A stretch of DNA of 50,897 nucleotides from an uncultured Thermoplasmatales archaeon. GTDB lineage: Archaea > Thermoplasmatota > E2 > DHVEG-1. This document shows positions 45,520-50,897 of this stretch, piece after piece; position 1 is the first letter of the stretch; each line of letters begins with the position of its first letter. The notes beneath the pieces are model-generated. The model was not told the origin of the DNA. It was given only the letters and a program-made list of their open reading frames with translations, and made no database searches. The translations under genes were made by a program, and so were the position numbers. Location of the stretch: the NCBI GenBank assembly GCA_964628575.1, contig CAZVNH010000001.1, positions 5,791 to 56,687 on the forward strand, in the 5' to 3' direction.

Positions 45520-46500
45520 GTGGAAAAGTTAGTCTCTATAATAATTTTAAACTATAACAATTATAAGAACACAATAGAGTGCTTAAAATCATTAATACAT
45601 CAGAAATACAAGAACTTTGAAGTAATTTTGGTTGATAATGGTTCAAAACTTCGTTATTACTTAGATTTAGAAAAAGATATTGTACAATTTGAAGTTAATT
45701 TAAAATTAAAATTAATTCGAAATGAAAAAAATATATTTTTTGTTTCTGGGAGTAACAAGGCTATCAAGATTGCTAAGGGAGAATATCTTTGCTTACTTAA
45801 TTATGATGTCATTGTCAATCCAGATTTTATTGAAAAGATGGTCACCTTCTTAGAGGCTCATCCTGAAGCTGGAATGATTACGCCTAAAATTAGAGTATAT
45901 AAAGATAAGGATATACTTTGGAATTCTGGAGCATTTCTCAACTTTAGGTCAGCCATAGTTATTGGCAATCGAGGTTATTTGGAGTATGATCCACTAGATA
46001 AAAAGTATAATGATATTGAAACTATTGGATTTGCTCCTGGAACAGCGGTCTTTATCAATAAAAAGGTTATTGAAGATATTGGGTTAATGGATGAAATTTT
46101 TTTAATGTATCATGAAGATCCAGATTGGAATTTGAGAGCGCAAAAGAAAGGCTACAAATCCTACTATGTTCCAACAACAACAGTTTATCATAATATCCCT
46201 CGTCTTATATCCGAGGAAAGAATGATTTTCAATCACCATTTTTTTACAAGAAATTCTCAAATTCTCGTATGGAAGCATGCAAAATTTATTGATATATTGA
46301 TATTTTATTATATTTTTGGTATTTTGAATTTAGGAATTATATTTCTAAATTTTCTTACAAGAAAGTTTAAATCGATTATTATACGGATTAATTCTATCTG
46401 GCAAGGTTTTAGAATTGGACTCAAAAGAAGAACGCACCGATCTTGTAGAAAATATATGATTCATGATTACAATTATATCAAAAAAATTCAAGATTTTTGA
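45520..46500 (+). CDS. GT2 glycosyltransferase (tandem paralog 2)
   Basis: 326 aa. The GTG start is supported because MEKLVSIIILNYNNYKNTIECLKSL aligns from residue 1 with paralog 1. More than half of positions are identical by eye. Confidence 0.8.
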   Translation: MEKLVSIIILNYNNYKNTIECLKSLIHQKYKNFEVILVDNGSKLRYYLDLEKDIVQFEVNLKLKLIRNEKNIFFVSGSNKAIKIAKGEYLCLLNYDVIVNPDFIEKMVTFLEAHPEAGMITPKIRVYKDKDILWNSGAFLNFRSAIVIGNRGYLEYDPLDKKYNDIETIGFAPGTAVFINKKVIEDIGLMDEIFLMYHEDPDWNLRAQKKGYKSYYVPTTTVYHNIPRLISEERMIFNHHFFTRNSQILVWKHAKFIDILIFYYIFGILNLGIIFLNFLTRKFKSIIIRINSIWQGFRIGLKRRTHRSCRKYMIHDYNYIKKIQDF

Positions 46501-46596
46501 ATCTTATTTATTGTTAAGAAGTAAATATAATTTAGGATCAGCTAGATGGAATGAAGAAAATCATCCTATATTTTTAAAATTGTATCTAAATTTTCT

Positions 46597-47472
46597 CTAT
46601 GTAATAAATATGATTCCAATCCCGAATCCACCTTGAGACCAATCTTGAACTATCTCACGAGAATCATATTTTTCACGAATCCTATTCCAAAAATTAGGAA
46701 CATCACCAACATCGCTATATGAACCAGGAACAATATCATGGAGGCATATTAATCCGCCAGGTTTTACTAAGGATTTATACATTTCAAAATCTTTTTTAAC
46801 ACCTTCATATGTATGATCTCCATCAATAAATAACAGATCAATTTTTCTATTTTTCAAAATATTTTCAATTTTATGGAAAGTAGAGAAATCATGGGAATTG
46901 CCTTTTATCAATACAACTTTTTGGTTTTTTTGGACAAAACTTTTGTAAAAAGAAGGATTGGCTGGAAGTATTATATCACCAACTTTTACTATGGGTAAAT
47001 CAACGGATATTAACAATGAATTAGAACTAGAAAATCTTGATAATACGTAGAGAGTTCCTCCCATTGCAGTTCCTATTTCAAGAATTACCTTGGGTTTAAT
47101 TGTATCTATCAATTTTAAAAACTCAGATATTTCAAATCTATTCTGAAGAATATCTATTCTTACTTTATGAAATAAATATAATGGTATTTTAGGAAGAAAA
47201 AATTGAAAAGAAAAACTAAGATCAATAATCTCTTCTATGCTTTTTGCTTTATTACTTAATTTCCTAAGTTCTTTTGACGCAATGAGATTTGTACAATATT
47301 TTGCTAAAATGTTAAGGTTCTTTCCTATAAGAGATTTAATTCTAATCATTCCTAATCTACGTTTTAAAACAATATTGTAAAAAAGGAAACTACCTGCCTC
47401 TGTACTTATTATTTTTTTTAGAAAATTTTTTAATATTTTCTGTATCAAATCTTTAATTCTTAAATAAAACAT
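46597..47472 (-). CDS. Class I SAM-dependent methyltransferase (Methyltransf_24/TylF-like), paralog of 43430..44248
   Basis: 291 aa. Motifs are VILEIGTAMGGTLYVL, DLLFIDGDHTYEGVKKDFE and GGLICLHDI. Confidence 0.7.
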   Translation of the reverse strand: MFYLRIKDLIQKILKNFLKKIISTEAGSFLFYNIVLKRRLGMIRIKSLIGKNLNILAKYCTNLIASKELRKLSNKAKSIEEIIDLSFSFQFFLPKIPLYLFHKVRIDILQNRFEISEFLKLIDTIKPKVILEIGTAMGGTLYVLSRFSSSNSLLISVDLPIVKVGDIILPANPSFYKSFVQKNQKVVLIKGNSHDFSTFHKIENILKNRKIDLLFIDGDHTYEGVKKDFEMYKSLVKPGGLICLHDIVPGSYSDVGDVPNFWNRIREKYDSREIVQDWSQGGFGIGIIFIT

Positions 47473-47477
47473 TAGCT

Positions 47478-48503
47478 TTAGACAAATTTAAAAAATTTAT
47501 TTAACATGTTTAACAACTTTCTAAAGATTTTATACCTCTGGAAATCTCCGAGTAAAATAGGATCTAAGGTTTTTGATAATTTTTGATAAGGAAGAAGGTT
47601 TGCTTCCCTTTTTGATTTATTTCTCATATTTCTTAGATGCTTTACATTAGATATAAGCTCTAAATATATCTTAAGCCTTAACCTAAACTTTCTAACAAAA
47701 ACTGAGTGAAATAACAAAATTAGCTCTACCACAATAATAACTGGTAATAATTTTTGGATATTATTTATATTTCTAATAACAACTATAATTCTATTACGCT
47801 CAAGGAAGTAGTATTGAAACTCGTTTAGTGATTGAAATTTTTTTTGATGGATCAGAAAAGGATCATTGGTTGTATAAATTTTATATCCATTTCTTAATAT
47901 TTTCAAAGATAAGTCTGTATCCTCATAATACATAAAGAATTTTTTATAAAAACCTCCCATTTTTAAGAAGAAGTCTTTTTTTATAAATAATGTTCCACCA
48001 GAAAACCTCTGAGTTCTTTTTATAATTTTGTTTTTGGGTAATTCTTCACCAACTTCAGGTGTATATGAGAATCCTAGAAAATGATTTTTTGCTCCAAAAT
48101 AATGAATTTTCCCTGTTTCAAAAACCAATGCGGGGGATATAACAATTTCCTTTTTGTTTTTGAAATCCTTATAAATTTGATTTAGTTTATCAAAAAAATC
48201 AGAAGGGAACAAGACATCTTGATTTGTAATAAAAAGAAACTCACCATTAGAGTTTAGTGCACCTGAATTGCAAGCTCCCGCAAACCCTTCGTTATTAGAA
48301 TTTTCAATTAATTTAATATTAACTTCTTTTTCATAAGATTTTAAAGTATTTAATGTTGAATCTGTTGAATTATTATCAACAATAACAAGTTCAATTTCAT
48401 CTAAGTTATTCAAAGCTTTTATGGAATCTAAGTTTTTCTTTAGACATTTTGCTCCATTAAAAGCAGGAATTACGATTGAAATTGAAGGATTTATTTTTGC
48501 CAT
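47478..48503 (-). CDS. GT2 glycosyltransferase
   Basis: 341 aa. Motifs are ISIVIPAFNGAKCL, VIVDNNSTDST, NEGFAGACN, FITNQDVLF and YYEDTDLS. Confidence 0.8.
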   Translation of the reverse strand: MAKINPSISIVIPAFNGAKCLKKNLDSIKALNNLDEIELVIVDNNSTDSTLNTLKSYEKEVNIKLIENSNNEGFAGACNSGALNSNGEFLFITNQDVLFPSDFFDKLNQIYKDFKNKKEIVISPALVFETGKIHYFGAKNHFLGFSYTPEVGEELPKNKIIKRTQRFSGGTLFIKKDFFLKMGGFYKKFFMYYEDTDLSLKILRNGYKIYTTNDPFLIHQKKFQSLNEFQYYFLERNRIIVVIRNINNIQKLLPVIIVVELILLFHSVFVRKFRLRLKIYLELISNVKHLRNMRNKSKREANLLPYQKLSKTLDPILLGDFQRYKIFRKLLNMLNKFFKFV

Positions 48504-48661
48504 ATTTTTAGAGCTTCTGAAATTTTCGAAGTAGATACAATAAATATAAACAGAATTTTTTATTAATAATTATTTTGTTTATAAAATTTTAAGATATGAA
48601 TATATTGTAGTATTTTTCAAAGATAAGTATATTTAGTTAATTAACCAATCAAAATATAACA

Positions 48662-50897
48662 ATGGAAAATCTTTATTTAAAATCAAAGAAATTAGTCTAT
48701 TTTATAAGATCTCGAATTCAACTTGTAGCTTTACTAATTTCATTGGTTTCTATCTTATTCATTTATTTAAAACTAATTAATATAGAGATGAATAATTGGA
48801 TTTCCATGAATCCTATTTTTTTGTTTATAACTCAATTATTCATAATTTTAAGTACAATCTTTATAATTCTGTTTTTACCCTCATACCCCCTTCTTTTAAT
48901 TTTACTTAGGAATAAGGACTTTCCCTTTCGAGAAAAGCTAGGAATTATGGTTGTTTTAAACTTATCATATTACATAATTATTGGATTTTTTGGTTCTTGG
49001 ATTAATTTACCAATAACATTTGAATATTTTTTTTATTTTACGGTTTTAACTTACTCTTTGCTTATTATAATAGCGATTTTACACGGGCATCGTAGAGGAA
49101 CACCTTTTTTTTTTAAGAAAGTAAAGAAACTTGATAATCAACCATTAGATGATCATAATTTTTCTTTATCGAATTTTATCTCTAAGAACATTTCTTTAAA
49201 TTGGATTTTATTAGTCTCGTTTATCGTTTTAATTTGTATAGTAAATCTCATAAATACAAGTATTTTTGCAGGTACTGATCCATGGCTTCACATTTCTATC
49301 GTTAGATATATAACAGAAATACATTATATTCCAATGAACGAGTATTATGGAGCATTAGGATTACATGTATTTGGGGTTGTGATTCATTTCTTTTCTGGAA
49401 TAAATTTAATGATATTACCAAAAATATTTTTGTTCTATACAATCCCCATATTTTCATTAATTTTATACAATTTATTTATGAGAATTTTTAAGAATAAGAA
49501 TCTCGCAATATTTGGAGTTTTCTTTTTAATATCATCATTTGGATTTTCTTGGTTTATGATGGTTCAATTTTGGCCAACTGGTATTGCTATAATACAGGGA
49601 TTAGTGATATTTTTTATCCTTTACGTGAGATTACAAAATTTAGTTAAGGAACAAATCCCTAAAAAGGAAGATGTATTATCAAATATCTTATCCTCATATG
49701 TTTTGTCTATATTTATATTTATTAGCTCTTTATTGACACATTCCTTGTTGGTAATGTTAATGTTAATTTCTTTTTTATGGGTATATTTGATTTATTTTGC
49801 AAAAAACTATAGGAGAGGTTTTGATTTACTACTTTTAGTTATTTTTTTTGGTATATTTTTACTTTTTTACTCATTCAATATCAGTACAGGGCATTTTCAA
49901 GTTTTTGATCCATTTAGGATTATACCTTGGTATTATCTGCTTTTAGGGGGCTTCATTTTTGCGTTAATGGTAGCAATACTTCTTCTATTTTATCGGAGAT
50001 CTATGAATTTTTCCAAAGGTAGGTTTAAATCAATCATAACAGGAAAGGAGAAAAAATTTTATAGACTTACTGAAGATAAATTTATATTTCCATTAATTTT
50101 TGGATTGACTATTATTCTTTCTATAGCCTTTACTCTCATCAATTTTTTAGTATTTAATATCTCTTTTGTATTTGTGATATATTTTGTCGAGATGCTTCTT
50201 ATTAGCTCCTTCGCAATATGGGGAATCTTTCTTTTCCGATATAAACCACGTGGTAAACCTTTGTTCATTTGGGGATTGGCATTGGATGCGCTGTTCTTAT
50301 TAATGTTTTTATATGATGCGTTTATTGGATTTACTACTTTCTTTTTAAGAGTATACTTTATAACTACGATAATAATTTCAATAGGATTCGTCTCTTATCT
50401 GTATAAATTAATAAAATTAAACTCATTTCATAAGAGGAAATTTAAGTTATTCTTAATATTTCTCGTTACTTTTTCGGTATATACCCAAAATTTATTTGAT
50501 TCAACTGCAATCGAGATTTTTTGCCTACAAAAACGGGAGGTAAAGTCTATACAATGGTATTCAAATTATACTTCTAATAAAGAAGTTATTATTTCAAAAT
50601 TCGGCTGGTATGCAATTTTTATATATTATGATTATCCTTTTGAAGATAAAAATAAAGAGCTTCCTTTAGAATCAATTCACAACTTTTTATTAGTAGATGA
50701 CCGGTTAACTCATCCCGATTTACATATATCTAATGGTTCCAATGTATTAAAGAACTTAAAATTGCAATATAATACGGATGTTATTTTAGTATTTCCTGAA
50801 GAATTCTATTCACCCTTTAGCTGGACTTTTTTTGATCAACTCAGTGAAGAAGAAATAGAAGCTTATTATAATTTAGATTATTTGAATAGAATTTTTT
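48662..50897 (+). CDS. Large polytopic membrane protein, GT-C-like (third paralog); C-terminus cut by window edge
   Basis: Absent from the ORF track because there is no stop inside the window. Starting from ATG 48662 I translated every line to base 50897 and found no stop (745 codons). Layout is about 4 TM helices, a basic linker (HGHRRGTPFFFKKVKK), one TM helix, the loop IFAGTDPWLHISIVRY, many TM helices, then a soluble C-terminal region. Confidence 0.55.
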   Translation, partial: MENLYLKSKKLVYFIRSRIQLVALLISLVSILFIYLKLINIEMNNWISMNPIFLFITQLFIILSTIFIILFLPSYPLLLILLRNKDFPFREKLGIMVVLNLSYYIIIGFFGSWINLPITFEYFFYFTVLTYSLLIIIAILHGHRRGTPFFFKKVKKLDNQPLDDHNFSLSNFISKNISLNWILLVSFIVLICIVNLINTSIFAGTDPWLHISIVRYITEIHYIPMNEYYGALGLHVFGVVIHFFSGINLMILPKIFLFYTIPIFSLILYNLFMRIFKNKNLAIFGVFFLISSFGFSWFMMVQFWPTGIAIIQGLVIFFILYVRLQNLVKEQIPKKEDVLSNILSSYVLSIFIFISSLLTHSLLVMLMLISFLWVYLIYFAKNYRRGFDLLLLVIFFGIFLLFYSFNISTGHFQVFDPFRIIPWYYLLLGGFIFALMVAILLLFYRRSMNFSKGRFKSIITGKEKKFYRLTEDKFIFPLIFGLTIILSIAFTLINFLVFNISFVFVIYFVEMLLISSFAIWGIFLFRYKPRGKPLFIWGLALDALFLLMFLYDAFIGFTTFFLRVYFITTIIISIGFVSYLYKLIKLNSFHKRKFKLFLIFLVTFSVYTQNLFDSTAIEIFCLQKREVKSIQWYSNYTSNKEVIISKFGWYAIFIYYDYPFEDKNKELPLESIHNFLLVDDRLTHPDLHISNGSNVLKNLKLQYNTDVILVFPEEFYSPFSWTFFDQLSEEEIEAYYNLDYLNRIF

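Noticed and set aside
50059-50268. 69-aa minus-strand ORF
   Set aside because: It is antisense inside the ORF of at least 745 codons that I traced from 48662 to the window edge.
1-50897. CRISPR arrays, tRNA/rRNA genes and mobile elements
   Set aside because: I saw no regularly spaced direct repeats and no GC-rich islands of tRNA size in the intergenic regions. No transposase, integrase or recombinase-like ORFs or terminal inverted repeats were recognised. The only repeats are diverged gene paralogs.

Overview
Strongly AT-rich 50.9-kb window that is almost entirely a glycan or cell-envelope assembly island. I support 41 CDS. Two of them run off the window edges and are missing from the ORF track. 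I found no rRNA, tRNA, CRISPR array, transposase or integrase. Content by class: 6 GT4-type (GT-B) glycosyltransferases; 6 GT2 genes holding 7 GT2 domains, one gene being a GT2-GT2 fusion; 3 large paralogous GT-C-like polytopic membrane proteins; 2 Wzx-like flippases; an ABC-2 exporter pair; 6 class I SAM methyltransferases; a B12-type radical SAM enzyme. Nucleotide-sugar genes are rmlA/rmlC/rmlD, wecB, asnB, four extended SDRs and an SQD1/SqdB/Agl3-type UDP-sulfoquinovose synthase. There are also two alkaline-phosphatase-superfamily enzymes, a thioredoxin, an HprK-like P-loop protein and a sequon-rich membrane-anchored binding protein. The host is probably archaeal. This is inference only, from the DPM1-like GT2 plus GT-C pairing, the Agl3-like enzyme, oligo-T runs after genes and TATA-like boxes about 25-35 nt upstream of starts. 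Most interesting observations: (1) the UDP-sulfoquinovose synthase has an ~80-aa Cys-rich N-terminal extension and is translationally coupled to a thioredoxin; (2) three GT-C-like paralogs share the same architecture and a D-P-[W/Y] loop motif, and the window also holds three Dol-P-sugar-synthase-like GT2 modules; (3) in four genes, conserved N-terminal motifs lie upstream of any canonical start codon, the clearest being rmlA with ATT exactly where ATG is expected; (4) a tandem GT2 duplication retains a palindromic upstream element. No initiating phosphoglycosyltransferase and no WWDxG oligosaccharyltransferase is visible. All family calls come from motif recognition by eye; no database search was run.
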